NCBI GenBank assembly: GCA_009914755.4
Contig: CP068257.2
Location: forward strand, 15,904,001-15,968,000
DNA from: the human T2T-CHM13v2.0 reference genome, Homo sapiens
Reading direction: 5' to 3'
DNA length: 64,000 nt
Position numbers and translations under genes: made by a program. The notes beneath the pieces are model-generated. The model was not told where the DNA came from. It ran no database searches and saw nothing but the letters and a program-made list of their open reading frames with translations. Shown in pieces: positions 33,326-50,204 of this stretch (position 1 is its first letter; each line of letters starts with the position of its first letter).

Positions 33326-35563
33326 GGAGGAGCTTTTAAATATTAATAATATTAGTTCTTTGTGATTTGACCCGCAACTTTTCCCCTCAAGTTATCTGAC
33401 TGTTTGTATTTGCCCTTTTATGGCTATGTAATCTTAATCCTTCCTAAGTCCCACAGAGAAGCCATTTCCAAACCATTCTGGTTCAACCTGACTTATCTCT
33501 CCCTCCTTGAAATTGTACCCTCACTGGGAGCTCAGGGTCACCTGTCTTTTCATGTGTTTATCTCCTATCTCTAAGCAGATGTCAGAGTTCTGAAAGGCAG
33601 AAACATCTTTACATCTAACTGTTCAACACATAAACTCTCAGTAATCTTTGCTGATGATAATAATTGTAGCAGCTCTGGCTGTGTTCATATCAAGCCATTG
33701 CTGCATGTATCGCCATAACAGTGTGTCTCCTTGATTTATCTTTGGTTTCTTCAAGTTGTCGGAATTTTTGCCAAGAGCAGTTTTATGGAATCAGCACAAA
33801 CTAATGAAGAAAGTGAGTTATCTTGCATTTGAAAAGATGTGTCTAGGTTACATCTTAGGTCAGCTGTCACACACTATCCCAAGTTCAATGTTGGCTGCTG
33901 GCACTGTGCTCTTTTAATGTTTCTAAGTAAGACATCTTCTCACATAGTCCCAGAACTGTCAACAATGAGATAATTTTTTGGGAACAGGAGAATGACCTTG
34001 CGATTCTGGGAGGAGAGAACGTGATAGAAAAGATATCAGTGACTGCAATTTGCAACCTGTTGGGAAATCATAGTCCTCTAACATTCACCAGTCTTTTAAT
34101 CTGACAAGGAGGGGACATTTTATGTGTTCACAGAAACGAGAGAACACAAAGTAAAATTAAACAATTACATGAGAGGAACCATAATCTCTGCCTTCTCAAG
34201 TAAAAGATACTATCTGCTGTGTTCGGGACATGATAAAGATGTGCTATATAGTAGACCAGGAGAGCTTTATGAATGTATGTATATATAGATTTGGTTTAAA
34301 CTTCTTGTAATGTTATGGGCAAAAGATTTGTGGTACAGTTAAGTGAAGAAATTTACATAGCAGTTAAAGTTCTGCAAAAAACAGAAACGTCCATAGGCTG
34401 TTTTAAATGTTAAAATAAAAACCTTTAAATGTCTATAGTAGTCATAGGAAAGATATACCAAATTTTAAGAGATTAACTTGGGGTGGTTGTTTTTCAGATT
34501 TTCTCCAACATATATGTATAACTGTTGTACATCATCCATTTTAGTATCAGAGCAATACTTGAAATACGCTACCATCTCATCCAAAATAGCCATCAGATGA
34601 TTTGGCCATGCTGACACACACTCGAAAATCCACTTTGCTCCCCCTGGTATCAGTGAACAGACATATTTTAATGATTAAATACCCAAATGTTAACTAAGAA
34701 ATAAATGTATAATCCTCTCTTTGAGTTTGCTCAAAGGCTGAGGAAGAAGAGAGAAATATCTTAAAGAGATTTTTAAAATTCAGCACTATCCTAATGATCA
34801 CATGGGATTCCTTTTTGGACCCTTTCTTTGAGGACAGTTTACCAGAAAGACCTCATTATGATCTGGTCCCATCTCTGTTAAAATTAGCTTGTAATGGATC
34901 TACAAGGCTGCCTACGGGTGTAGTAACCTCACACAGAATGGATCTTAACCTCCTTCCTTCCTTTTGTTGCTATGTTAGAAAGGGATCCATTATAGCCACA
35001 AGTTAGTGCTTTCGAGGCTTGCATACATAGGACATGCTTATTCCTGGGTTTGTGTGTTTGTGTGTGTATGTGTATGCAATCAACTCAGGTGGGAAAGATT
35101 TGTGCTTACTCATGATTTAAGATAAATGGAAGGATTCTGTTAGAAGAAGTAAATGTAATGGTTAAGAGTTTGGACTCTGGAGTTAGAGGTTATCCTGGCT
35201 CAGCCACTGAACAAATGAAGAACAAACTGTATAGACCTCAAGAACATACATGAGATAATCCATGTAAAGCACCTAGTCCAGCGTTTGGCTGGTATGAAGC
35301 CATCAATAAATGATGATTTTTAATTAAAGACGTAGCTTTGGCTTTTTATTTATTTTGGTCTGTAACAGCGATGTGAAGATCATCTTCTAAGGAAAGAGCG
35401 TATTGTAGTGCAGGGTGGTTCACGTACACATCATCGTGCCATCCTGCATTCACAAGTTTGGTTATTCTGTCTTGCAAACGTTCAAATGGTTCCTAATGTA
35501 TTTGGACATCTTACTATTATTAAGGTCTTGCGATTCTGAAAGTTTTAAAAAGTCCTGCCCCTA

Positions 35564-35868
<305 letters not shown>

Positions 35869-36535
35869 AACAAAACTGACTTTATATTTTCATGTTACAG
35901 TCTCTTTAAACAAAGTTCAAAAATTTTAAATACATTTTCATTTTCAATCAGTATATTTTATCACTTCTTCTTTAGAAGTGGTTGATGGATGATTTATAAG
36001 ATGCAAAAACAATGTTTGTTTTTTTCCATAGAGTTTAGTAAAACAAAATCACACTGTTTTTCCATTGAATTTTGTGGCTTTACTTATTAAATTAACTCTG
36101 AAAAATGTATTGTCTATATTTTTTATGTGTGAATTCATAAAGTTGGTAGTTCTGAGATTAACTTGGCTGTTTATTTCTGGACTTTAAATGAATACTCCTG
36201 ACCAACATCTGACATTGATATGCATTGAGATATATGATTGAAAAGATATTTCTGAAAGAGATTTGTAGCTTAAAATCTAGTAATAAAGATTTGTTAAATC
36301 AATTACAGCACATACATATGAGTACCATGAAACTATAAAAAATCATGTTTTAGGAAAAAAACAATGGCGTAAGAAAACATTCCATGTTTTCGAATTGTGT
36401 GACCATAAAATGAACATATTTCATATCATAATACAACAGTATAGGAGTATATAAAGTAAAAGCTCCCCCATCCATTAAACTATTAATAGTGGTTTTCGAT
36501 TCCAATGATCTGTCTTTGTGCTTCTGGGTGTTTAA

Positions 36536-36828
<293 letters not shown>

Positions 36829-37372
36829 GTTTTAATTCTTTTCTTAAATGAACAATACTACTTTTATTAACAGAAAAATAATTATAGTAAAGAAATGTTT
36901 TGTATAATAACTATGACATAATTCATTAAAATTCTCCATTACCAGTGACAGTTTTTACATGTAGACCCATAGGAAAAGAAGTGATTTAAGCTATAACCAC
37001 TAACACTTTTCATGTAGAAGCTAGATTATTCTTTGCGAATATAGTATTTAGCTAAGCTGGAAAGGGAAATCTGATGCCCTCTTGTGGCCAGGAATTTTTA
37101 TAGGCGATTTATTCCTTTTCATCTGGTCTAAATATGGTCTCAATTTATAGTTCCCTCGTCATTAGTGTGCCATTGTCTTATCTTTTAATATTTTTAGCCA
37201 TTTGTGTTTCTTTATTGATTTGGCCTTACTAAATGATTTACTTTAATTATATACAGACCCTTTTTGTATATAGTGACATTAATTCATTTTCTTTTACACA
37301 TTTTGTGAAAATTTAAAATTTTTTCCCCATTCCAAATGGCCTGTCTTCCAATATTTCCCAAAGCTAAAGTTT

Positions 37373-37447
37373 ATATATATATATACAAAATGTGTGTATA
37401 TATATATATAATGTGTATATATATATATATAATATATATTATATATG
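37373..37447. repeat. (TA)n / (TATATG)n-rich simple repeat
   Basis: tatatatatatacaaaatgtgtgtatatatatatataatgtgtatatatatatatataatatatattatatatgtata. Confidence 0.9.
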
Positions 37448-37734
37448 TATAATCCTTCCATATTTCCTCTCAGTTCTTTTATTTATTTTTATTCTTGGTA
37501 AAGATGGGGTCTCACTTTGTTGCCTAAGTTGGTCTCAAACTTCTGGCCTCAAGCAGTTCTCCTACCTTGGCCTCCCAAAGTGCTGAGATTACAGGTGTGA
37601 GTCAGCCTCTTCTCAGTACTCCTATAGTTTCATAACTTACGTGATTTCTTTAATATATTTGGAATCTATTTTTATGGTTTGAAGTAGGGGGTTAATTTTT
37701 AAAAATGGATAGCCAAATACCTATTAATTTTTGT

Positions 37735-39576
<1,842 letters not shown>

Positions 39577-42500
39577 CTATTAATTTTTGATTAGTGGATT
39601 CTTCATCTTTAATTTGAAAAGCCCCATTCACCAAACTTCTGTATATAAATGTTTCTGGTTCTGGATCTGTAATTCTGTTTCACTGGTGAATTAGTTTATT
39701 CCTATGTTATACTTCAGAGTATGTATTAATAAATAATGTAAAAGGAAAAATACTCTCTGCTCATTGTTTTACTTAAAACAATTCTTGGTAATTCTTGAAA
39801 TTTACTCTTCCATGTAAACTTAAAATCAGGCTTTCTAGTTACATAAAATTTTGCTGGGATTTTAAAATTATGATTTCTATTGACTTTATGTATTAATTTG
39901 TAGAAAAGTAAAGCTTTTATAATATCAGGTCCATTTAAAAATGATATATTCTTCTATTCAGTTTTTGTCTTTCACCAAATTTTAATAATTTTCTTCTCTA
40001 TAGGACTCACTCCTTTTTGTTGTTGTTAAAGTTTATTTCCAGGTATTTAATAAATTTTCTTTCACTTTTCTTTTTTGCATCCCTCTACTCCCTAATACTT
40101 TTTCTTAATAATGGGGTTTTCTCCCACCAAATACTATATTTAACATTTTTCTCATGAATATTATCATATTATATATAATGGGAACACTGGAGGAAACTAT
40201 GCACTATTGCTACCCCATTATAAGTATTTACTATTTCAGAATATTTCCTTGTAGACACAGTATGATTACAAACATAAAACTGTAGCCACATTGCAATTGT
40301 TTAATTCAGAAATACAACAGATTGTCCACAAAACATACAATTTGATTATCACTGATGGCAGCATTTGCATCTGCTAAAAATAAATCCATTGAACTTGTCT
40401 TAAAGCCCTTTGAGAAAGTGTCTTTTTACCCTCCAGTTACAAAGTAATAATGCTCAATATAAAAATTTAAAGATCAAAATGTTGAAAGTAGAAAAATAAT
40501 ATTCTCTGTATTTGTCCCATTCCCCGCCTCTGAGAACACTAACTACCATTAACAATTTTTTGCCCCCAGACAATACTAGCACCATTCTAGGCATACCATT
40601 TTTTTTTTATTCTACTCTTTTTTAATGGCTACATGGTATTTTCCACAGCATTTCCTTGAACAGATGTTCAAATTTTATTAAACTGTTCATCTATTGGTGG
40701 CTACTTGGGCTTTTGTTATTTTTGCCACCCAAAACAATTTTGCAGTGAACACTTATTACGTAGGTAATGGTCCTCGTTTGAGTACTTCTGTAGATAAATT
40801 TCTAGAAGTACGTACAATTGCTTGATCAAGGGATATATACTTCAAGAAGGTGTAACTGCCCTCCTCTTTAAGCCTCTAGTAACACTGTAAGAGACTGCTT
40901 CCCCTACACCCTCACCAATATTGGGCATTATTAATTTTGATTCCCAAAATAAATGTTTTAATTTGTATTTAGTGTTCATATATTTATTGGTCATAACACT
41001 AATATTATACACAGAAATGATCCATTAAACCTCTAGTCTAGATAGAAATGTGTTTCACCCATATTCCCTATGGATTTATATTTTATAAATTTTATATATG
41101 TATACACACAAATAAACATTTTTTAGCCATGGCATTGCTGTCTAAATCATAATTAGTATTTTTAAGTCCTATGAAATTTAAACACAAAGTCTCCCATGAT
41201 TATGTTTCTTAACTTTTATGGAAGAAATTTTTGTAGCTAGGTATTTTTTTTTTTTTTGATAGGAGAAACAAATTCAGTACTTTTATTTGTGCTGATTGTG
41301 TGCTTTACAGAATAAACATCAAACTACCCTAATTGCAGTGATGTATCTGCTACAAGTCTTAATGGTGAATTTGTTTTTGATAAGGGTTAAACATGCTTCC
41401 ACTTTTGTCCTTATGTTACCCTTAAAAGTATACATGAAAGAACAAAGGAACATAGAAGATGGACTAATGCTATTAAATTTGGAAGTGGGTGATGGTTTCT
41501 GCAATGAATAAAATGTACATATTTTAAAGAGGAATTGCATGAGCCTTCCCTTGTGCTCATGAGTGCTTGTGTGACAACTTCGCAGTACGAGTCAATGCCA
41601 TAAAGTGCCATATGCAATGCAGGGATATTGTTGTGTTTCCGTAAGAGCCTCACAATGTTATTGCTTCATCCATTGCAATAGATTCCAGAGTATATGAAGA
41701 AATTTGGCACAAAGTTTACTAACGTTGTACACTCTGTTAAATTGCCAAGTAACTGATAAGTAAGAAAAAAAAGTTAAAGACTGTGACAGACTTGGGAATT
41801 ACTACTCATTATGTGTGATCTTTCCATGTAACAAGTCATTGGTACAGTTTGCTTTGTCATCTCAGTCTTCACTCTACTGGGTTGTACTGTTTATTGCAAT
41901 TTAATTTCTATTTCCAGCAATAAAATTACTATCAGATGATCAGCCAGCTCCCTCTTCAGATATATCTGAGTAGTTTGTAACAAGAAACTTGGCCAAAGAT
42001 TTATTAGTGGTTAATCAATAGATACTTTAATGTCTTATATTCTCATTAATTTACCTTCGCACTGGTTCCTTTTTTTAAAAAAAATCTTGGTCTGATAATG
42101 AACCTTCTTACAAGTTTCAAGATTTGGTAGATTTTATAGGTAACAAAATGAATCTGATGGCAAGGTACCATGGCATGGGCCTTAAAAAAGCCCAGCTGGG
42201 TTTTAAGTCAGAGCTTCATTATTTAGTTTTCTGTGATCTTGGGCATTTTTAACTTCTCTGGAATCCTTATCTAACTGGGATGATAATGGTACATACCCCC
42301 TGAGGCTGTGATGATTAAATAAGTTGTTGCCATGTAGTAATAAAAATTAAAAAAATTATTTACTATTATCTGTAAAATGGACAGAATGGCTACACAATAA
42401 ACTGTACATGGTAGGTGTTTGTATTTTTCCCTCTTCCTAATCATAAAATAAGAAATTAACACATACCTCTGTTAGCTGAGAAGTCAACATAAATGCTTTA

Positions 42501-44171
42501 TTATCTTAACTTGGAACCACAGAAGTTTACTAAAAAGTTAAATACTTTGAGATAAATATTATACTAATAAACCAGAAATAAGCACTGCTTTAGTATTAAT
42601 GTGATAGAACTTACTAAAACTTTTTTTTTCAAATATCCAAGTTTAACCTATGAAATTTAGAGCTTTGCAGTTATGCCTACAAATACAAAAATAAAATGGA
42701 GAATTTAAACAAATTATTGTTCAGTGATAAACCACTCCTGCTTGAAATAGCCCGATAAGGCTTTCAAGCTGAAATTATGTAGTCATGTTTTAAGAGCCAC
42801 CTTGGAGTTGTCTAAGGGAGACAAACTTAAGAGAACAAAGCACCTAGAGTCATAATTACTACTAAAAAAGGGTTTGGCAAACTTTTGTACCCCATGCTTG
42901 CTAGAACTTAAGACCCAGTTGCTGAGTGACAGTTTTATTTCATTAGGAATAGATTGGAAAAGCCATATTTATGAGAGCTTTCTTTTGCTCTAAATAAGTT
43001 TCAGGACAAGGTGGAGGATGGGTAGTCGAAACACTGGCAGAATCTTCTATGAGTAGTAACATCTACCTGTATGCAGTTGAATTCAAAACTAGTGGTTTCC
43101 CCAAGAGGCCCTGTCATTTAATCGTCAGAACTAATTAAGGAGATTTTGTAGTAACGTGGAATGTTCTGGCTACTAGGTATGTGCCAAAAATAACACTTCC
43201 TTCTTTACACTATTATGCTTCTGATTTTCCCAACAAACCTATATAGTCATCCCTCAGTATCCTTGGAGGATTTGTTCCAGGACCCTCCTGGATACCAAAA
43301 TCCTCAGATGCTCAAGTGCCTTATATAAAATGGCTTCGTATTTGCATATAACCTATGTACATCCTTTAAATCTAGATAATACCTAATGCAATGTAGTTAT
43401 ATTTTAAAATTTGTATTTTTTAATTTTTGAGTATTTTCCATACATGGTTAAATACAGATGAAAAACCTACAGATGAGGACCAATTTGCTCATAAGCAAAG
43501 CAATAAATAAATTCTGTCTGCTAACTTCATGATAAAAATACTTGAAACTTTCCAACTTTACGCCAATCACCTACAAATCTGTCATTATCACCACAAAACT
43601 CTCAAGGACCCATAAGGAAGCAGTGTGATGACTCTGAAAGTAATTTTTTTTTCCTTTTTTTCTTTCAATAACTTTGGTTAAAAAAAATTGATAAAACGCA
43701 TCTCCCTTGTGACACTAATAAACAAACATGCTCATGTTTGAATAGGCAGTCACTAGATTTCAGGAAAAGAGTAGATATGGTTTAGAGAGATGTTAAAATT
43801 GTGTATGGCTTAAAGAGTACAATATTAAAGCTAGAAAAGTCTCTAAGGTTTAAAAATGAGTTTTCTGAAGTTGCAAACTTTAAAAACTGACTTTACATTT
43901 TCATACTATTGAGCTATACCTTTATGATTTGTGCAGTTTTGTATTTCAACAGAATTTATCTTCCTAAAAATAACAATAATTTGTGGAATAGCCATGGCCA
44001 TTCAATGATTTATTAGCAAGTTGTGATTTTTCTGGTAAGTCAAATAATTTAAGACTGCAAATTTAAAGATGAAGGTGATGGAAAAAGTATTGCTGATCTT
44101 AGTTTTTAAAAATTTACCTTTGGAGAAAAATCAAAACTCTTATAGAGATATCTCTTTTTTTCTTTTTGTAG

Positions 44172-44213
44172 TTCAAGTACCCTTACAAGACTGATGGAAT
44201 TACAGTTGTATAA
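44172..44213 (+). CDS. CXADR: CXADR alternative terminal exon 8 (hCAR2 / TVV isoform): FKYPYKTDGITVV*
   Basis: Acceptor tctttttgtag|TTCAAG at 44169-44171. 14 codons ttc aag tac cct tac aag act gat gga att aca gtt gta taa. Joins in frame to the internal donor GCTAAG|gtagct inside exon 7 (16654|16655), reproducing the known ...TLPPAK|FKYPYKTDGITVV C-terminus. Confidence 0.8.
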   Translation, partial: FKYPYKTDGITVV

Positions 44214-44669
44214 ATATGGACTACTGAAGAATCTGAAGTATTGTATTATTTGACTTTATTTTAGGCCTCTAGTAAAGACTTAAATGTTTTTTAAAAAAAG
44301 CACAAGGCACAGAGATTAGAGCAGCTGTAAGAACACATCTACTTTATGCAATGGCATTAGACATGTAAGTCAGATGTCATGTCAAAATTAGTACGAGCCA
44401 AATTCTTTGTTAAAAAACCCTATGTATAGTGACACTGATAGTTAAAAGATGTTTTATTATATTTTCAATAACTACCACTAACAAATTTTTAACTTTTCAT
44501 ATGCATATTCTGATATGTGGTCTTTTAGGAAAAGTATGGTTAATAGTTGATTTTTCAAAGGAAATTTTAAAATTCTTACGTTCTGTTTAATGTTTTTGCT
44601 ATTTAGTTAAATACATTGAAGGGAAATACCCGTTCTTTTCCCCTTTTATGCACACAACAGAAACACGCG

Positions 44670-45112
44670 TTGTCATGCCTCAAACTATTTTTTATTTGCA
44701 ACTACATGATTTCACACAATTCTCTTAAACAACGACATAAAATAGATTTCCTTGTATATAAATAACTTACATACGCTCCATAAAGTAAATTCTCAAAGGT
44801 GCTAGAACAAATCGTCCACTTCTACAGTGTTCTCGTATCCAACAGAGTTGATGCACAATATATAAATACTCAAGTCCAATATTAAAAACTTAGGCACTTG
44901 ACTAACTTTAATAAAATTTCTCAAACTATATCAATATCTAAAGTGCATATATTTTTTAAGAAAGATTATTCTCAATAACTTCTATAAAAATAAGTTTGAT
45001 GGTTTGGCCCATCTAACTTCACTACTATTAGTAAGAACTTTTAACTTTTAATGTGTAGTAAGGTTTATTCTACCTTTTTCTCAACATGACACCAACACAA
45101 TCAAAAACGAAG
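44670..45112 (-). other. BTG3: BTG3 3' UTR (approximate). Minus-strand AATAAA = plus-strand TTTATT at 44691-44696; an alternative at 44454-44459
   Basis: Non-coding sequence downstream of the stop on the minus strand. The end is placed at the first poly(A) signal, and the exact cleavage site is not determinable from sequence. Confidence 0.4.
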
Positions 45113-45352
45113 TTAGTGAGGTGCTAACATGTGAGGATTAATCCAGTGATTCCGGTCACAATGCATTCCAGGAGGAGGTACCCATGTCACTGGAATTGGG
45201 CGATATGGTTTATTTTTTCTTCCCTGATTTGGATAACCAAATGGAACAGGAGGAGGATAGTGATTCTGATGGCCATTCCCTCGATACATTCCTGGCTTTT
45301 TTCTGGGCAAAGGGTGCCACATTGGAAGAGGTGGAAATATAAGTTCTGAAAT
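45113..45352 (-). CDS. BTG3: BTG3 terminal coding exon: ISELIFPPLPMWHPLPRKKPGMYRGNGHQNHYPPPVPFGYPNQGRKNKPYRPIPVTWVPPPGMHCDRNHWINPHMLAPH*
   Basis: Minus-strand acceptor ccctacag|ATTTCAGAA (ag at 45354-45353). Corresponds to track ORF 45113..45370(-) minus its spurious first 6 codons. Exons sum to 252 aa. Confidence 0.85.
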   Translation of the reverse strand: MSELIFPPLPMWHPLPRKKPGMYRGNGHQNHYPPPVPFGYPNQGRKNKPYRPIPVTWVPPPGMHCDRNHWINPHMLAPH

Positions 45353-45699
45353 CTGTAGGGAAGAGAACACATTAAGTTAATTCAAAGGAAAAAATCATCA
45401 TCTATGTTCCAGATTTCTCATTAAAGACAAAGTTACCCACAACACTGAGATCACATCTAAGTGACACTCCTATTGTCAGGTCTAAATACATTAAAAACCT
45501 CATGTGTAATAGGCGTATAATGTATAACAGGTGACCAATGTTTTCTGAATGCATAAAGAAATGAATAAACTCAAACACAGTACTTCCTAAACAACTTCAA
45601 CCAAAAAAGACCAAAACATGGAACGAATGGAAGCTTGTAAGGACATGCTTGTTTTAGTCCAGTGGTTTCCACAGCTGGCTAAGCCAGGAGTCACTTGGA

Positions 45700-46040
45700 G
45701 GCTTTTAAATACAAAACATTGGAGCTGGAGGCCATTATCCTTAGCAAACTAATGCAGAAACAGAAAATCAACTACCGCATGTTCTCACTTATAAGTGGGA
45801 GGTAATGATAAGAACTTATGAACACAAAGAAGGAAACAATAGACATTGGAGTCTATTTGAGAGGGGAGGGTGGGAGAAGGAAAAGGAGCAGAAAAGATAA
45901 CTATTGAGTACTGGGCTTCACACCTGGGTGATGAAATAATATGTACAACAAATCCCTGTGACACATGTTTACCTATGGAACAAACCTTCATGTGTATCCC
46001 TAAACCTAAAATAAAAGTTAAAAAAAAAAAAAGATAAACA
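45700..46040 (+). mobile_element. L1 3'-end fragment (end of ORF2 plus 3' UTR), sense, with an A-rich tail; in the BTG3 last intron
   Basis: ...aaactaatgcagaaacagaaaatcaactaccgcatgttctcacttataagtgggaggtaatgataagaacttatgaacacaaagaaggaaacaatagacattggagtctatttgagaggggagggtgggag ... acctaaaataaaagttaaaaaaaaaaaaag. Typical L1PA/PB terminal sequence. Confidence 0.75.
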
Positions 46041-46939
46041 CAAAACATTCATGCCCTAGCACTGGTCTAATGAACAATAATAAAATCTCAGAACTAGAGG
46101 CCAGGTATTTTGACAAAGCTCCCCAGGTGATTCTGATGTAGCCAGTTTAGTATTTGGGAATAATAGTTTTAGATTATCCCATAAATCAGGTGGGCACGTC
46201 AGGTTCACATTATTCAAAGTGTTCTTATCAGCAGTTTTAGACCTCTCTGCTTAGAATGCCACATCTTCTTAAATTTCTGATTTTGCTGATCTCAAATCTG
46301 CATTTCTAAGTATAGGATTTTTTTAAAAAAATTATATTGTGTATAGCATTGCATTCATGATAGAAAATTCAAAAAGTACAAAAGGGTAAACTGTGGAAAG
46401 TCCCTCTTTTTTTATCTCACCCTTTATCTTCTTTATCTTAACCCTTCTCAAGGGCAACTGACACCAAACATTTTTTTAAATATACCTTTAGAGATATTCT
46501 ATCCACATCTATACACACTTTAAAAATATATATGTATACTGGATTGTATCCTGCTTTTTACATTTCATAATAATACATTTCAGAAACATATCAATACATA
46601 AAGATCCTTCTCATTTTTCTACAGCTAGATAGTATAGCAATGACTATAAATTAAATGGTCTCCTAGTAATGGGACATTGAGGCTGTTTTCAGTCTCTTAC
46701 TATTAAAAAAACAATGATACACAACGAACAAAACAATGCTGCAATGAATAACAGCACAGTTAATTCTAATAGAAGGCTTTATAGGCATATTTTCGTTTCT
46801 TTTGGTAAATATTTAATACTTAGGAGTGGAACTGCTGAGTAATAGAAGAGTTACACATTTAACGTTAAAAAGTTCCAGTTTTCCAAAGTAGTGGTACTAT
46901 TTTACATGACTAGCAAGTTTATGAATCTAGCTGCTTCAC

Positions 46940-47900
46940 ATCCTTGCTAACATTTCATGCTGTCAGGCTTTTAAATTGTGCAGTTCTGGAAGAACTAGTG
47001 TTTCATATGGATTTAATTTGCATTCCTCTGATCATAAATGAGGCCATTCACATAACTCCTTTTGTAAAGTGTTTATTCACATCTTTTGCTCCTCCTGCCC
47101 TTTTTTTGAGATTACAGCAGGATATGCCCATTATTTTTCATTGAATCATTTACCTTTTACTAGTGATTTGTGAGCGATTTTAAAAAAAGTATATTCTGGA
47201 AATAAGTCCTTTACAGATATATGTAATGAGAATATTTTGTCCTAGTCTATGGTTTGCCCATTTTCTTAATGGTTTCTTTGATGAACAAAAAGATGATTAA
47301 TTTTGATGAAGTCCAGTTTGTCAATTTTTTTCCCTTATTAGTTACTTTTTGTGACCCTCTAGAGGAAATATTTGCCTGTCACAAAATAAAGATTATATTT
47401 CCCTATGTTTTCTTCTAAAAGCGTCAGAGATTTATCTTTTATGTCTAGGTACACAATCCATCTCAAATCAATATTTTTGTGTATGGTGTCAGCTAAGTTA
47501 GGTTCGTTTTTTTTCCTACACAGATCATCCAGTTGTTTCAGCACAAGTTCTTGAAGACTTTCCCCATTGAATTGCTTTGGCACTTTTGTTAAAAGGGAGA
47601 AAAAAGACTAACTGTATGTATGTGGGTCTACTTCTGGACTCTCTATCCTGTGCCATCAATATATTTGTATGTTTTTAAACCATTACCACACTGTCTTGAT
47701 GAATATATAATAGCTTTGAATTAGTGTGAGCCCTCCAACTGATCCTCCTTTTTTAAAATTTTGAATCAATTTGTCACTTTCCAGAAAAAAACCTTTTAAG
47801 ATGTTCATTGATACTGAATTGGATCTACAGATCTATTTCAGGAGAACTGACACAATCTTCATTTCTTCGTTTTTTAAGATATGAATAATTCTTTATCCCC
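46940..47900 (-). mobile_element. Ancient L1 (L1M-type) ORF2-region fragment, antisense
   Basis: Plus strand reads antisense L1M: ...aatccatctcaaatcaatatttttgtgtatggtgtcagctaagttagg...catccagttgtttcagcacaagttcttgaagactttccccattgaattgctttggcacttttgttaaaa...gtgggtctacttctggactctctatcctgtgccatcaatatatttgtatg...ccattaccacactgtcttgatgaatatataatagctttgaattagtgtgagccctccaac. Track ORF 47359..47583(-) translates as degenerate L1 ORF2 (…LDIKDKSLTLLEENIG…). Confidence 0.65.
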
Positions 47901-48639
47901 TCTCTTGGGATACCTTTTAGAAAACAGTAGAGAACAAAAATTCCAAGCTAGAAATTTTGTTGTCCTTATTTGATAAAACTTTTTTAAAGCTTGTGGCAAT
48001 GCCAGATTCAAGATACTAGAAAGAAGAAAATCAAAGTGGGCCATTTGCACTAGCTTTCACACAAGTAGTGTTTCTCTATTATAAAATGTTTTGCTAATGA
48101 GTATTAGGCCAAGGAGAAATGTTTTCCTTAAAAAGCACGTAAGAGACACCTCAATTTCCATACCTTTCTGTTATCCTAATAGTCTTTCAACATGAGGGAA
48201 AATAAATGCAATTTAATTTTAAAAGAAATCCTAAAAATTAAAGGTTAATTTGCTTGTAAAAAATTAGCAGCAATCAATTTAATTTGAGACTTACATTCTT
48301 GCTTAACAACAAATAAAATTCTGAGGTAAAATTGCCACACATTTGGATGAATTCCAGAAAATTCAATATACCTAATTTGCAATATATAATCCATCACACA
48401 GAGAAAAAAAATGCCTCAAATATTTATGGCAAGGTTTTTAAAAATGATCCTGAAGTACAAATACTATGTTTACTTATTTATATAGGGAATGTCTCTGGAA
48501 GGATACTAAAAAAAAGAAAAAAAAACCTGGTAATGAATGTCTCTGTGGAAATGCATAGGGACTGGTGGTTGGGGAGAAAGAGGACTTCTCACTATTATAC
48601 TGTCTTGTACTGTTTGAAGTTTCATAAAGCCAGGTACAT

Positions 48640-48680
48640 GTTATATACATATACATATACATACACATATACATAGAATC
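48640..48680. repeat. (TATACA)n-like simple repeat
   Basis: atatacatatacatatacatacacatatacata. Confidence 0.85.
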
Positions 48681-49631
48681 CTAAATTATGATAATCTTCA
48701 GAAATAATCTTCCCCTAAAGTCTAGGAAGAATAATTCAACTGAGAAAAAAATGAGAAACCAAAAATTAAGTTACACTGAAATAATGTTCATTATGTAAAT
48801 GTATGCTGAATTTAAAAGTTTAGTTTATCATACTAAAAGCTCCAATATTCTGCTTCTTACTCATTAGGTCTAAATTTTCATTTTCAGCTCAACCTTACCA
48901 CAAACCTGGTATGTTTCACATTTAATCAAAGCAAGTAAGTAAAAATAGATAACCTTTAAAAATTAGTAATAAGTACATTTACAGAATAAGGCTCAACTCA
49001 AAAAATCTCTTTAAATTGTTATGACTTTAAAATATCTTTCCTGTTGAAGAATGCTGTTTGGTCAACAATTTTTTAAAGTCGATTAAATGTTCTTTGGTAT
49101 GTAGATATAAATAGTAAATCAGTGAATGGATCTGTAAGTGCAGGCACACTAGCTATATGACTTTTCAACTAGTAAAGCAAAAAGGGAGACAATGTTTCAG
49201 CTTGAGTAAAATATTAATTATAATATAATAAATTTAGAGAGGTTTCTCTTTAATCATGGAACGGGAGAGAATAGAAAGTTAAACCCAAAGGTACAAAACA
49301 AAGTGTTACATACTACAAAAAATAAGTGGTAACTTTTGAATGAGATTTTAAAATATCAGGAATGTTTTACCATCATGAATTTTCTACTTTTTGCCAATTT
49401 TTCTGAAATATATTTATCCTAGTTATTGTATAGTGAAGCTGACCTTTGATAAAATGACTCAGGATGCCTATTTACGTGCCAGAGAAACAGCTTTCCCTTA
49501 GCATGGGGAAAGGCAAGAACTATTATCCAGAATCTCAAGTCAGAAACCTTGGGCAATGCCAAGTAGGACTACCTGAAAGGTCCTGGCAATCCCTGCACAT
49601 CCCTTTAAAACTGAGCTGTTTTCATGGTTAC

Positions 49632-49839
49632 CTGGTACACAGGACTTGCGGCTGCAGTCACCGAACTGGGTTTCACTTCCATTTCCTTACTTGTTTCTTC
49701 ATCTGAAGAAGAGGATCCTGAATGATAATCAGAGGTAACCTTATCAAGGGCCCTGGTAACTTTCCTGGAGATCTCATCCTTGTTCTCATCTTTATTTTCA
49801 AAGCTGGCAACAATGAATGCATTGTTTTTCTCTCCATAC
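49632..49839 (-). CDS. BTG3: BTG3 coding exon: (R)YGEKNNAFIVASFENKDENKDEISRKVTRALDKVTSDYHSGSSSSDEETSKEMEVKPSSVTAAASPVYQ; 208 nt
   Basis: Minus-strand acceptor cttag|GTATGGAGAG (ag at 49841-49840) and donor TACCAG|gtaacc (gt at 49631-49630). Exact match to BTG3 residues. Confidence 0.85.
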
Positions 49840-50204
49840 CTAAGAATAAAATTAAAAACTTACAAATCTTGAAGTCACATCAGCAAAGCAAAAAATGTCC
49901 ATAAAAACAAAGAGATCTGGACATGCCATCAATACAAGGCAAAGATTGAATCATCACAGAACTTGACCCTACACATTTAATATCCTAATACAGCTCAATG
50001 CCAGCAAGCAAACCACAGTTTTCTACTTCTGGTCTATTTAAGTATTCATAAACATCACCCCATTTTCTTTCCCTTATTTTCTTTCTACTAATTCCTAAAA
50101 AAAAAATTGTTTAAAACATCAAAAAAAGTCCATTGTTTTGATTACATTTTTGTATGTACCAATGAAATTGGTTGTACAATAAAACATTCTGATGTATTTT
50201 TATT